Notes under the pieces: model-generated
What the model was told of the DNA's origin: nothing
The model's input: the letters and a program-made list of their open reading frames with translations, nothing else
Database searches by the model: none
Program-made: the position numbers and the translations under genes
Assembly (NCBI GenBank): GCA_964016885.1
Contig: OZ024745.1
Coordinates: 35,836,001-35,900,000 of the forward strand
Source of the DNA: Eledone cirrhosa
Taxonomy: Eukaryota
Length of the DNA stretch: 64,000 bases
Direction of reading: 5' to 3'
Part shown: piece after piece, positions 42,880 through 56,849 of the stretch
Numbering within the stretch: the stretch's first letter is position 1
How the letters are laid out: each line of letters begins with the position of its first letter

Positions 42880-44260
42880 AAATAACTCTGCCGGCATTAT
42901 CGACAGATTTCCCGCTAGTGTCCTGAAGTTGTTTCAATATCAACTTTCATCTTATCTGCCTAATCTCTGGAGCCATACCCTAGAAGTAGGATATATCCTT
43001 GAAAATGTTGTATCTCAGTATGTCAAAAAATGAAACATCTTCCCAACAGTCAATTACCGTCCGATTACCCATCTTATATCGCAAGAAAACCCAATGTGAT
43101 GGTGTGATCGATAAATCAATTCCTTAAAATAACCTACCTGAATTTCAAACAGTATTGTTTCCCTAATTACAAGGATAACTTAAGGCAATTTCTGCATCTT
43201 GGTCAGGGTTTCAACACAAATATTATTCAAATTGATTTCAGGATGAGTATTGACATTATGTTGAGGAGGGTATGCAAAATTGAAGTCTGTTTTCACATAT
43301 TACGTTGGAATAAGTGTGTTCTGGTGAACACAATTCTGCATGATGTACCGCAAGCTCGGTATATATATTAGTGCCTTCCAAAAACACACAGTGATGGACC
43401 CACATAACTTCCTTATTTATATTAACTACCAGAAAACCACCATTCAGGTGGTTTTCTGATGGCGTGTGTAGCGTGTATATTGATACACGGAAGTGTTGAC
43501 ATCACACACTCTCTCTTTGAAGTGGTGGTGGTGGTGGCAACGATATACCGGAAGTGCAACTTTGGAAAGAAGTCAATTTTAAATTATTTATTTTTACGAA
43601 ATTAATTTTGTTTACGAAATTTAGTAGATAAATTATGTAATATTGATTCATTATTTATTCGAAGTAATTCAACTTATTTTACTAACGGGATAAAAAATAA
43701 ATAAACCGTACGCAGTCCTGCAGACCTTCCTTTATTATAGTTTAGATGACAATATAGCCATCTTCAGGCACAGCAATATAAGAATCTTCGCATATGAATT
43801 CAGGCTTCACTTAGTCATAAATGGAGTAGGAGACCGGACATAACTGGCAGCCACTCAACGGGTGAAACAGAAAAAAAATTCTTTCTAAACGAGGGTAAAT
43901 TGGAATTAATTCACTTTTGAATAGATGATGCCCGTAATTTACGTGTATCATTTTCCTCATGGCATCCAGTAATGTTGCCCAAATACATATTTATTTAAAT
44001 GGAACTCACATGTCATAACAGCATAACGACACTGCTATGTCACCTCCACTTCTCCTTGTCTCTTTAATGTCATACCAAAATATATAAAGAGAGAAAGATT
44101 TGCCATGAAATACAAAAGGACACTTGGGTGACAACAACTTTTTACTGGAGTGTATAAAAACATGATTGGAAAGATGTCACCATGTGTCCTTATTACTTTA
44201 GACATGTAGGCATGTCCTGGGTCCATATTGGCTGAAACCAACCAAACTAATCAAAGTAGT
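42880..44260 (+). mobile_element. Decayed LINE (CR1/L2/Jockey-group) RT fragment interrupted by a Helitron
   Basis: Remnant motifs NYRPITHL (~43052), DVPQA (~43342), GP..FLIYIN|D across the Helitron, and WNSHV (~44000). Confidence 0.6.
43426..43746 (-). mobile_element. Non-autonomous Helitron
   Basis: Minus strand starts A|TCTAAACTATAATAAAGG and ends with hairpin cagaaaaccacc-tgaat-ggtggttttctg then GTAG|T. AT target, no TSD. Confidence 0.75.
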
Positions 44261-44282
44261 ATATATATATATACATATTTTT

Positions 44283-44955
44283 TTAAGAGAAGTCACACTT
44301 TTTCTGAAGATTATGATAAGAAAAACCGAACCGGACAATAATAGCAGGAAATTCGAACCAGTTCCTTATTACTGTCTTCTGACGAAGGGCGTTTACACAT
44401 CGAAAAAAATATATATTTATATATATTTTACAACACGTTTTACCACAGTCGTAAAACCTCTTTCGGATTATCTCCCTTTCGCTTCTCTCTCTCACTTCCG
44501 GTTGCTTGTGTCTCTCTCTCTCTCTTCTAAGATGGAGTCGACACGCTAATACCGTCCTCTTGTTAGCGCATCCTACCAGGCTTATGTCTATCAGGTTTGC
44601 TATAGCTTATCCTATTTTTTCACGGTTCTCCTTTACATGTTCCTTTGTCTTGTGTCTCCCCACGATGGGATCTGTTCACCTGTTGTTTTTCTCCTTTTTC
44701 TCCTTTTTCTCTTTCTTTCTCTCTCCTCAGCACCTTTCACCCTTTGTTCTTTTTCCTCTTTTACCCCTGGCATTTTGATTAAGAAAAGGCCTCGTGCGCA
44801 CCGTGGATCGCTACTTTTATCCTGTAAATAATCACCGAAACATCAGGATCACCGATTACAGCTGACGAAGGAATATTTCTTAATTTCTCCTCTTGTTCCG
44901 TGCAAGCCACCATCCTAAACCTTGTTTTTAGTAACCACACAGTTCCTTTCGTTTA
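44283..44955 (+). mobile_element. TA-flanked non-coding PLE-terminus-like repeat
   Basis: Pyrimidine-rich body with CTGACGAAGG at ~44379 and 44862; architecture resembles 3627-4677. Confidence 0.45.
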
Positions 44956-44974
44956 TATATATATATATATATAT

Positions 44975-46723
44975 ATTGTTATATTTGGGGAGGGTCATAT
45001 TTGCGTAATATTGCCAGAATTAATAACAGAACACACTCACTGTTTGGTTGGTTTTCGCTTCTCGCTGTCTTTTATATATATATATCTGCGATCTAACTTA
45101 CTCGGTCCTCAATGTTGCCATTGACTGACCGGCGGTCAAAAATAATACAGATACAATATAGACAAACACATATATATATAGTTTACATAATTTACATAAA
45201 TCTTTCGTTGCACATCTGCAACATCGTCAGTGGTGTTATATTCATTGTTCCTCCTGTTGTGTTGTATGTCTACGCCATTTTTTTTTTTTTGTTCAGTCTG
45301 TCTATATATTTATTTATTTATTTGCTTGTTTGTTTATCTTATTTTATTTTGTCTTCTTTGCGCATGCGTTTGCGTGTGTGTATAGTGTTATGTGTGATGT
45401 GTGACTAGTGTGTATAGTGTTGTGTATGCTGGGTGACTAGTGTGTGTTTATGTGCTTGTGTATGTATTTATTTATCTTATTTAATTTAATTCAATTTACT
45501 TATACTTCTCTTAGGTCAGTGTTGTTTGTTTGGGTGTTGTTGTTGTTCCACTCATTCTTTCTGTTTAGCTTTGGTCTTCTAATTTCTATTTCACTGGCCT
45601 CTCTGATTTGCCTATCTGCTGGGTCATTCCTATGTTTAGATATTATTCTAATTTCTATGTTGTCTATGTTACCGTCATGTTGTTGTCTAGCATGTTCGTA
45701 TAGTACTGACCCGTTTTTTCGTCCTTTTAGTTCCCCCCAGTGTTGGTCTATCCTTTCACCTATGCTACGAGCTGTCTCACCTATGTATGTTGTTGTCGTG
45801 TTTCTGCAAGTACCCTCTGTACATATTATGCTATAGACTACGTTTCTAGTTTTACAGTTTATCCGGGGGTTCACCTTACATATGATACATTTCCTATTGG
45901 TACAGTGGGTTTTCTTAAAGGGGTAGGTTTTGCTGATCAGGGATTTTATGGTGGTTCCTGGCTTTTCTACCACCTTTATTTTTAAGTGGGTCTTTCTCAG
46001 GGCCTTTCTACACTGGTTAGCTAATTTCCCTCCAGGGGTGGCGTCCACAAACATGACACTCTGATATCTCTGGTTGTCGTACCATGATGTGGCCTTCCCT
46101 ATCTTATGTCTAGCCCTATCTAAGCTATTCCATGATTTGCTCCTGTATAGTGGGCAAATTCCTTTCATGTCCAGTTCTATGAGGGTCTTATACTTTTCCA
46201 TGGCTCCTTCGTATACTCTGACTCTGTCTCTTTGGTTGTAGCCAGAGAACTGCATGCGGTTGATGAAGTGTTGGATGTGTCCTTCCATTTCTGTTGGGTC
46301 GCACATGCTGGACACATTCTTCATCACTCGTACCAAATCTGCGATCAGAATATTAAACTTAGCACTACTGGACATTGCTGAGTTTTTGAGTATCAGGTAT
46401 TTGGAGGCCATGGGTTAAGCATAGTGTGAGTGGAGAATTTGGGCTCTCTCGTCTATAGTGTTAATCCAGAGTTCTGTGTCTAATACAGGTAGTCTATTGT
46501 TAGGGTGTTTGGAAGGGAAGTCTATAGTTACAGTTATACTCTGGTGTATGGAATTAGCTATCTGCTGGATGCTTTCCATCGTGCTACGTTCTAAATCAAA
46601 CTTGTTAGTGCTCTCTAGTGGGGGTGTTCTGGCAATATTACGCAAATATGACCCTCCCCAAATATAACAATATCTGTTTCGACACACGATTTCATATAAA
46701 AAACCTCGCAAAACTAATTCATC

Positions 46724-46725
<2 letters not shown>
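44975..46725 (-). mobile_element. 5'-truncated PLE (probably Naiad-like) with inverted terminal copy
   Basis: 45 bp inverted repeat 44975-45019 vs 46627-46671, extra right tail to TA at 46725, and an internal RT/GIY-YIG ORF. Confidence 0.88.
45500..46600 (-). pseudogene. PLE RT C-terminus/thumb, Cys linker and GIY-YIG endonuclease; one nonsense codon
   Basis: IDFPSKHPNNRLPVLD..HSHYA*PMASKY (TAA at 46415-46417 joins the two ORFs in frame), SGY, SVMFVDATPGGKLA, KVVEKPG, CTNRKCIIC..C..NVVYSIIC..YIGETARSIGERIDQH..RQIREA..PKLNRKNEW. Confidence 0.93.
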
Positions 46726-46761
<36 letters not shown>

Positions 46762-46764
<3 letters not shown>

Positions 46765-46954
46765 AATAAGTATGACCCCGACGGCTGAGCTCAAGCCGTT
46801 TCGACAGCTATTTCTGGCTAGTTCAGAAATAGCCGCCGAGACGGCTTGAGCTCTGCCGTCGGGGTCATACGTTTTCCTATTTACCACTCTACTACCCTAA
46901 GTATTGAGTACTCTAGTGCGTTATGGTCCATCTGGTTCCTTACCACAATTCCTT

Positions 46955-46960
<6 letters not shown>
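46762..46960 (+). mobile_element. Family A fold-back
   Basis: Arms 46770-46814 / 46824-46870 with a right tail to (TA)n. Confidence 0.85.
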
Positions 46961-47001
<41 letters not shown>

Positions 47002-47016
47002 CATGTATATATATAT

Positions 47017-47155
47017 GAAAAGAGTCAGGACCCCGACGGCTGAGCTCAACCGTCGATTTCCTGACTCTTTACCTATTACCCACTCTACTACCCAAAAGTA
47101 TCAAATACTCAGGTGCGTTACGGTCCACCTGGTTTCTTACCACACTTTCTTTGTT
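47017..47155 (+). mobile_element. Family A minimal inverted insertion
   Basis: gaccccgacggctgagctcaa (inverted end) joined to the tail acctattacccactctactaccc..tccacctggtttcttaccacac. Confidence 0.75.
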
Positions 47156-47234
47156 ATATATATATAAACATATATATATATATATATATATATTCATATA
47201 TATATATATATATATATTCATATATATATATATA

Positions 47235-47314
<80 letters not shown>

Positions 47315-47446
47315 TTATACCAATGCATACATACTTACATAAATACATAGGCCTCCTACGTACAAACAAGTATATTCATACACACCATATATAGTTATCG
47401 AATGAGAAAGGAGAGTTAGAGAGAGAGAGATAGATAGATAGAGAGA

Positions 47447-47489
<43 letters not shown>

Positions 47490-48181
47490 GAGAGTGTGAG
47501 AGAGAGAGAGATAGAGAGAGAGAATTAAATAGAGACGAAAGCGAGAGATATATTGATACAAAATGAAGAGAGAAAGTGGGGAATATCACTATAAGGAGAT
47601 CATATATATGAATATTAAATACTTTCAATATATTTTAAATATTTCCCATTAAGTTTACTGAAGAGTTGCAGGGAAGAAAAACCTTTAGACTTTTCCGGGG
47701 AATTTGCATTATAAAATAAATATAACTAATAGATAGATAGATAGATAAATAAATAAATGTACTATATATTCTATGTTACTTATTTTGAACAATAACAGTT
47801 GAATTTGATATTTGGTTGGTTCAGTCAGCTGAATGGTCTCGTTTCAGTAGTTTTACAGTTTTAGTGTTTCGAAAAATTGTTTTTTTAATGCTATTACATA
47901 AATGTAAGTTGTCATTCACCTCTTTCTCAATTCTTTTATCATTAAAACCATGCGTCTATAATGCTACATTTTTTGTGTATATTTCCTTTCACAAGTATTT
48001 ACTTATTTATTGTTCTTTTTCTAACTCTAACCTCGATTATTATTACATATTTGTTTAGTATACAGGATCTATTAGTCTACCCAACTGCAAAATTCATTTT
48101 AATGTGTTACAAACACACAGATACGTACATATGAGCATAACTTTATGTTCATGAATATACATACATAAACACACACACTCA

Positions 48182-48252
<71 letters not shown>

Positions 48253-48336
48253 AAAGGTAAACAGAAATAAAAACACAATCGGTACAGTATATGGAAGGTA
48301 TATATTAGGTTAACGCTTGATATAGCAGGAAGAGGG

Positions 48337-48372
48337 TCTTAACGTTTCGGACGCCAGTCCTTCATCAGAAGA
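48337..48372 (-). ncRNA. Minimal type I hammerhead ribozyme in a PLE-type 3' end (~48245-48600)
   Basis: Minus strand reads TCTT-CTGATGA-a-GGACtggcGTCC-GAAA-CG-TT^AAGA, about 95 nt from (TA)n. Confidence 0.85.
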
Positions 48373-48744
48373 AAGAATGAGAAATAAAATAGATTGAGGG
48401 GACGGGTGGGATGGAATTGGAAAAAATGTCTTTAGATAAAAATAACAGGTCCATTCATGTTGACATCTCTTGAAAAACTGTTGGTGCTGGCGTTTTGCGT
48501 ATGATTTATTTTTTAGAAAAGTGGATGATGGAGCGCATCTACCTGAAATGGGAAAAAAACGTTTTGTAAAATGAGCTATACATGAGCACGTGCGTAAGCA
48601 TGTGTTTGCGTGTGTGCTATATATATAGCCCGAGAAACAATTGTAATATGTCCAATAAATTCCTTTCGTCGCAACACTGACGCTCTTTTTTCTTTTCTGT
48701 GATATATATATATATATATGAACATCTAATATTTAAAATTAAAT

Positions 48745-50030
48745 TTCTGTATAATCTTTTGTGGCGCCCTATATAACTTTCTTTGTGAAGGGAATGTTAC
48801 AACCTTTCGTCCATTTCTCAACATGACTTTGATGGTTAACCGCGTTCCTGGGATGCTGATGGAGCTATGAAACTTTCTCATATTCCACAACTTCAACACT
48901 GCCTTTCTGTTCTTCACCGACTTCATAACTCTCTTTAATATTTAGAGAATGTTCCAAGCTGAATTTCCTGTTGATGTTGAGTAATATCATTTTATTGATT
49001 AATAGTGATATATGGTGACTATCCAAGTGATCTCTCCATGTCCCCAACGTTAGCCTTTATTCCTCATTTTCAGTCTCTAGCTTTGATTTTGAAAAGCCTT
49101 CTGTCGCTAAATTCGATTACTGTCTTCCATGCCTCAAACGATTATTTCCTTTCAACAAAGCGCTTGATTTATTCTATTTACCTTTCTATAAAGTCCTTTT
49201 GCTTCATTTGGTAAAGAAAGGCAAGCTTGTCTTGTACCTTGATGAACTTCTTGATGTTGGCCTTATTTGGACTACTTTTCTTCTAGTCAGATGCTTTTAT
49301 AAAAGCTTCCCATTTCTCAATAATCCCTTTTAATTCCCATCGCACTATGCGTTTGACAGTTGGCTTGATCATAATGCACTTAAAAGCAGCTTCAAACCTG
49401 TGACAGCTTCAAACCAAGTGAATGCATATGCATTGTAGGTGTCTGGGTTCATAGGTAACGATCAGAATCATGAGTTTCGTTTTATTACTTACATTCTGTT
49501 ACATTGCAGAGAGTCTAATATTATCTGACATGATTCTGTGATTAAGAGAAATGTTGTCAAATTTGAAGGCGGTATTCCGTCACTTCTTATGGGAATCTCC
49601 CTTAGCTTTGAAGGTGTTGGTATATGTGATAGTCCATATTTTCACCTTTCACTTTTGATATATCATGTTTAGGCATATAAATGGATTTTCAGCAACGGAT
49701 TCATACAGATGTTCATCATTCCTATTTGTTGTATCACGGAAACTCTATTTGTTTGTAACAGTCTGGCCACTATGAGAAGTCTCCCTGAATCATCAAAACA
49801 TTGCGTCTTTGAAAATGTTGTACACGTGACGATAACTCCTGATAGAATGTGGCGTCTCTTTTATCGAACACAATAGTGGGACTGTAGCAAGCAGTGACTT
49901 TGAAACAAGGGTTGCCATTAAATATCATTGTCATCATTCGTGCTTGTATTTTCTCGTTACTGTTTAATGAACTTTAAAGCACGCGAGCTTAGAAGTATTC
50001 CCATACATCCTATGACAGAGTTGTTAGATT
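48745..50030 (-). mobile_element. RTE-clade LINE fragment (APE endonuclease to start of RT)
   Basis: Minus-strand remnants GCMGILLSSRALK..EKIQARMMTMIFNGNPCFKVTACYSPT, KNRKA and NAVNHQSHVEKWTKGCNIPFTKK..DYTEI. Confidence 0.8.
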
Positions 50031-50129
50031 ATATACTTCTAACGTTAATTGAGAAGATGAAAGGGAATGGCTTCACTCATAAATAAGCGAGGAGGAGCCA
50101 ACGCTATTCAGCAGGGACAATTACAATTG

Positions 50130-50720
50130 ATGTCTACACAGTCTGCCTTGTAATGATATCGGATACACCACATGAAGCAGAATCTCAGCTACACAGTATG
50201 TAAAAGTAGGTGTTATGAATTCACTAGCTCCTAAAGCTCTGAGAGAGCTTAACCAGCTAACCTATCTTGGAAGCAATGTCTCAAAAAAAGGTCTCACTGA
50301 AAGTGAAATAGAAATACACGTCGGCGAAGCATCGGATGCTTTGGATAAGCTTACAGTCAGTCACGCTCTACGGATGTACATGGGCACTCACTAAGCGACT
50401 CGAGAAAAGAACTGCCTTAATATGCACAAAAATGCTCAGGGTGGCTTTAACATATCATAGAAGCAAAACCTTACAAAAAAAGCAACTTTACAACCATCTA
50501 CCTACAATGTATCATGTCATGCGAGGAATGAATTTTCAGCAATATGTGTTGTGGACACAAAAGCATGGCCACCCAAATGTGATCAAACCTCACAGAACCT
50601 ACATCAAACAGCCGTTGGAGCATGCAGTCTGGTGGATCTGCCACGAGCAATGGACGACCGAGACAGATAGTGAGGGATGATCATGGTAATCGTTGCAGTC
50701 AGCACACCAAAATGATGCTT
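50130..50720 (+). mobile_element. RTE-clade LINE 3' end
   Basis: TYLGSNVS, TESEIEIHVGEA, LYGCTWALTKRLEKR..TKMLRVAL..QLYNHLP..LWTQKHG..RTYIKQ, and a remnant ATG-repeat tail. Confidence 0.8.
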
Positions 50721-50759
50721 ATACTGATATATATATATATATATACACATTACATATAT

Positions 50760-51110
50760 ATTCATTTAGGTTTGTTGGTTCACCGGTGGATAGAATTGGT
50801 CATTCCATTTGTGTTGTTGGTGGTGCGAGTACGGAGTTAATTATTATAAAATAACAAGAGGCTGGACTGGTGTAATTCCTTAAAAGTTTATTATACTATG
50901 AACATTTCAATGACCGGGTTCAGTATGCATACAGTGACATCACCAGGTAGTCGAAATTTAACAAAGGAATATAATCCATAATAAATCCTTTGTTAAATTT
51001 CGACTACCTGATGATGTCACCGGATTCATACTGAACCCGTTCATTGAAATGTTCATAGTATAATAAACCTTTAAGGAGTTACACCAGTCCATCCTCCTGT
51101 TATTTTATAA
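50760..51110. mobile_element. Palindromic insertion with HHR
   Basis: Arms 50843-50968 / 50986-51110, left tail to TA near 50760, right arm abutting (TA)n. Confidence 0.85.
51005..51060 (+). ncRNA. Type I hammerhead ribozyme
   Basis: TAC-CTGATGA-tgtcacCGGATTCAtacTGAACCCGttcatt-GAAA-TGttCA-TA^GTA; the mirror copy has CTGGTGA. Confidence 0.65.
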
Positions 51111-51135
51111 TATATATATATATATATATATGTAT

Positions 51136-51290
51136 TCGCTAGGATAAAATTGGTGCAATGAAGAGGGAAAACTGGTATGCATGGGCGGTTGTTGATCTTC
51201 CACAAAAACACTTTGCGCGGGCTTGTACGTTGGAGAACTTTCTCGGTGCCATACCCCTATTTCTGCATATCTTAAGGTGGTCTTTACCCT

Positions 51291-51292
<2 letters not shown>
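51136..51292 (+). mobile_element. SINE family 2, 3' part
   Basis: Close match to 52160-52315. Confidence 0.8.
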
Positions 51293-51361
<69 letters not shown>

Positions 51362-52019
51362 ACGTTTGTTAAAGTGATGGTGTGTGTATCGTTTTTCCGT
51401 AGATGACATCTCCTTTGTTAAGAAAATACATAATATAATGGCACATAATTTGAGAAAATTCTCGAGAAATCTTATATAATATTGTTCGATAGTGTGAATG
51501 AAAAGAGTCTGGATTTTCCATAAATAGTCAGCTATGAAAATAGAAAAGTATCGCTGGAAATATTCAACTCGAACGTCGATATAATAGCGTGCTTTGTCAC
51601 TTGATACAAAGATACAAACTGAACATGTGTAGTAGAGAACTAACCAAAATAAATGAATCTAAAGCAATGACAGCAACAGACACCTGGCGCCTCTCGTCTT
51701 CGTTAGACCTATATGATTTGTCTCTGAACTTATATAATTTGCCTCTGAAAATGTGTACGTTTTCATATACTTTGGGGTAATTCTGGAGATAAGATTCTAT
51801 ATCTTTACAGTCGACATTATCCACATGTCTTGTTGTAACTACGAAGGAGGAAGTTAGGTGTAATGATATATGTATAATTCCGATATCATCGATAACATTG
51901 GCATTTTCAATTAATTCCTCTTTCATTCAAAGCAGAATTTATTTGTGGATATGGATGAAATTAAATATTCTATTTCTTTATACGTGAATGTGGGTGAATT
52001 AACAGTTAGAATTGAATTG

Positions 52020-52315
52020 ACAATCGTGAAGTTGTGAGTTCAATTCCCAGACTGGTTGATGCGGGGTGTTCTTAAACAAGATACTTTATTTCAACTTGCT
52101 CCAACTGTAGAAATGACTTGCCGCATCATTAGTATGGCGCTCTATCGATCATTGCCTTTCGCTTGGATAAAATCGGTGCAATGAAGAAGGAAAACTGGTA
52201 TGCATGGGCGATTGTTGATCTTCCACCAAAACACTTTGCCCGGGCTTGTACGTCGGAGAACTTTCTCGGTGCAAAACCCCTATTTCTGCATATCCGAAGG
52301 TGGTCTTTAATCTCT
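52020..52315 (+). mobile_element. SINE family 2
   Basis: gtgagttcaattccc B-box, gtgttcttaaacaagatacttta core, and the shared 3' body. Confidence 0.8.
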
Positions 52316-54044
52316 TATATATATTGAGATAGGGGTAATAGACTGTGTCAATATGTATATAAATTTACATGAAAACCTACGTATTTTACTGTCAATTGAA
52401 AAGCATTTAAAATATCTTTAATCGATTTTCGAACCTAGTTGGTTGCTCACCAGAGGATACGTATGGCATCTAAACAATTACAAAGAAAAACATAACCGTA
52501 TATAGCCTATCTCTATAGTAGTATGGTATGTTTCGGCTGCTTAGCACGAAATATATATATCACAATTAAATACATGCACGAGCGCTAACAATATTCGAAA
52601 TAGTACGTCCATAGAAGGGAAAAGACTGACTTTTGAAAATGTACCAAGACCATCCCAGTTAACACACGAAAGAAAAGAGCCTCCCACGCCAATTTCAGAG
52701 GATGTGGAGGGCCGAGTGTCGATAGAAACAATGATAAACAGATCCCAGCGGTAGGCATTATTCGTGGCTTTGCGGAAGTGGTCAACAATTTGGCGTGGTG
52801 CATTATAGGCGGACCATAAAACTACATGAATTCAATAGTCGAATGTAACATTTAGTGCTGATCCCGTTTATCTCAATCTCCTTTGAGCCACAACGGAGTC
52901 ACTACTGCCCACGTATGTGAGTGGTTCTCTCGCGATAGGTAATCCACGTTAAAAAAGTTCATCTGAATGGCACATTTTCGATTCAGTTATTTTGTAAGTG
53001 AATGGAGTAGGCTTAGTCAACTAGAAACCTTAAGTGTGCATCTATATACGTCCTTCTTATTCTCGTTATGTACTGTGAAATTTGTATCACAGGATCTTGC
53101 CAGGTGAACAAATATCCGTTTTCGCTTTTTTAGGTCTCCCTCAACCCACCCAAAATATCAGGCAGCGTGGAGATTTTGAACACGAAACATTACGCGTGTT
53201 TTATATTCAACCATGCTGTATTATATCTTGTTCAATTTCTCTTACTTCTTGAAGAATTAAACTCCGCTAAAGGGTGTGGCGTATTCTGCAATTATTCGTG
53301 GTTCCAAGAATAATTCTTCCCCTGAGGAAATCACAGTCGAGAGATCTATATATATAAGCAAGTTATGATAGAATACATTTTATCTCTATCTTGATTGTGT
53401 ATTGCCAGAATTAGAGTATTTTTTCTCATTTAATTTTAATGTATAATATTGCTACTTTGAAAGATATCTCTCATTGAGATGTTTAAGTATTAGAGATTAA
53501 TCAATCTTTAATTAATATATATATGCGTATATATATACCTATCTAACCAAACACATATACACATATATATATGCATGTATTCATCTTTGTGGTGGGGGAG
53601 GGAGGGGGGATGAACACAAATGAGTGCGTTCGTGTACATGTGCAAAAGTGTTTACACATTTGGCCATGCACAAATATGTGTATGCATATTTATTCGGACA
53701 AATGTTCTTTTATAATTATCATGTATGATCGTGTTTCCCAGTTGTCTTTAACGTAATAAACAAATCAAGGTCTACTCTACTCAGGCTTCCTTTTTCTAGG
53801 TTCTGTTCCTTATGTGTCTTCATACAGCAACAAACTTACGGGTTTCTCGATAAATAGGAGACAAACGAAGAGTTTCTTTGAATATATGAAAAAAATACTT
53901 TCTTGAGTTACACTGCAATATGAATACTATATAATATATATAAATATAGTTCCTAGACTGGTAGACCTTTCAAAGCTTTGAAAAAACTACAAGGTTATAC
54001 ACATTTTACCTTCATATGATAGATATATTTATCGATCTATCTGC

Positions 54045-54130
<86 letters not shown>

Positions 54131-54639
54131 TCATACTATAGAAACGGCTTCTACAGGACGTCTATCTATGTATCTATCACTATCTATGTCTATCTATCTA
54201 CTTACCTAACTATGCAAATATATATTACACACACATACTTATATATTTGGATACATATACGTACATACATGCACCCCACATATATATCTATGTATAGGGT
54301 TTGTATGAGCGTGTATATGCGTGTATGTGTATCTATAAGTGTGTATCTACTCACATGTGAATATATATATATATATATCAGATATATCTCTTTCATCTAT
54401 CATTTAACGGTTTTATGTCTTCCATGTATTTTCAATGTTTTTGTTAAAGTTTGTTTTATCTAGGATTTATTAATCCTGTCTTTGCTGATTGGGAGATCTA
54501 TGAATATTTTAGGCCTTTCTTATCTGTCGGTTTTTAATAATTGTTTCTATGAGAGCGGGGCTGTCTATAATAATGATGTGAGTAAGAACTGTATTGCCTA
54601 TGGCAATAATGATGTGAGTAAGAACTGTTGAATGATTTT

Positions 54640-55250
54640 ACAGAAGGTGGAGGTGGTAGACGTAATGGAGCTGGTACAAGTGGTGGTTGTAGGGAAGATG
54701 GTGGTTGTATTGATGTCTGAGGTCGGAGTTATGGAGTTGCGTTGTTGTTGAAGGTGGTGGTTGTGGTTGTTTGTGGTGATGATGGCAGATAAAATGGAGA
54801 TGCTAGTGATGGTTGTAATGATGCTTTAAGGAGTTGTGCTGGTGATGATGTTGATGGTGATTGATCTGATGGTGCTAGTGATGTGGTGCTATGAAATATA
54901 TGTGTCTTTGATAGTGGCAATGGTAATGATTTTGATGACAATATGAATGAAGTATGTTTATGGTGTTTATGATAATGTCGACAATGTACATGTTTATTTT
55001 CTTGATGATGATGTTGGTGTTGTTGAGGATGATGGTGAACATGATGGTGGCAATGGTGATGACGAAATTCCTCCATACTATCATTATTTCAGTCTTCGCC
55101 ATCATGAAAGTGACTCACTCTCATTTTTCGAACCACAGATTTCGTCATCATCATGGTGAATTCATAACGCTACTGGTGGTATCGATCCCTATCCTACTGT
55201 TCATCATCATTAACATCCACATCGTCAGTAGCAGTAGCTTCTTCATCATA
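54640..55250. repeat. Degenerate GGT/GAT/CAT trinucleotide low-complexity tract
   Basis: Direct inspection. Confidence 0.75.
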
Positions 55251-55328
55251 ACATATATACTTTTTTATCAGACATTTCATTTAGGACTTCCGCTTTGATA
55301 AAAACATCAAACACGCTACTTCAATGTT

Positions 55329-55758
<430 letters not shown>

Positions 55759-56354
55759 CATATAATGTTACTTTTTATATTTTAGTTGGGAGGTTTATTT
55801 CATATCATTTTATATTTCAATTTTTCTAGCTAACAAAAATGTAGATGAAAAAAGATATAGCCACGACAACAAGAACAACAACAGCGCCTGAAAAACTTCA
55901 ATGCCTTTACTGGAATGAACTGTGTTGCAAAGAATGTGACCAGGAAGTCAGCCCTAGAATAATTTCTTCCTTTCCTCCCGCCCGTCTCTGTGTCTAGGAA
56001 AATAATTAATGGACGCTACTATTACTCCTTTGAAAACACCTTGAAAAAATGCAAGAATATTATATTTGTCATAATACAGTGATCTCCGCATCTTCATTTT
56101 TATACACCTCCGCCTTCCTTTCGCAATATGATATAAATCAATAATGTACTCTATCGGCCGCCATTATTGACAAAACCTTAAATTCAACAGCCACCACCTC
56201 TACCTCCATCTCCACATCTCTCATATAATATAACAACACCAATTACAACAGCAATCTAACCAACAACAGCTTAAACAACAACACTAACGTTGATACAAAC
56301 AGAACCAACAACTGCGATAGGAGCATACCCAACACACAAAAGAAGAAGCGTATT

Positions 56355-56452
56355 GAGGAGGAGGAGGAGGAGGAGGAGGAGGAGGAGGAGGAGGAGGAGG
56401 GGGAGGAGGAGAAGAAGAAGAAGAAGAAGAAGAAGAAGAAGAAGAAGAAGAA
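56355..56452. repeat. (GAG)n(AAG)n polypurine microsatellite
   Basis: Direct inspection. Confidence 0.95.
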
Positions 56453-56780
56453 ACAGTTCAGGAAAATAAACAAAAAAAATTAGTCAAATTGGGTTTGGCA
56501 ATATGATACGAAAAATGTATAGCGGCAACGGAATGACTATTTTAACATCAACAGCAATAACGATAACAATGATGAACAAAACAAAAAAGCTTCAAAACAG
56601 TAACAGCAGGAGTAATAACAATAACAACAGCAATATCATCAACATGAAGACCACCAGAAGCTCCCATTAAAAACGCAATGCACAGACTGTTTAAATGTGT
56701 CACTGTGTTTTATCACATTTCTCTTATATACGCAACAAAACACAAACAAAAAAAACACAGAAAGATAGTCAGATAAATTG

Positions 56781-56849
<69 letters not shown>

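Noticed and set aside
46415-46417. In-frame stop in the PLE ORF as possible selenocysteine
   Set aside because: The codon is TAA, not TGA; most likely an AAA(Lys)-to-TAA mutation.
51597-51926. 109-aa non-repetitive minus-strand ORF
   Set aside because: No recognisable homology or clear splice acceptor; needs blastx or RNA-seq.
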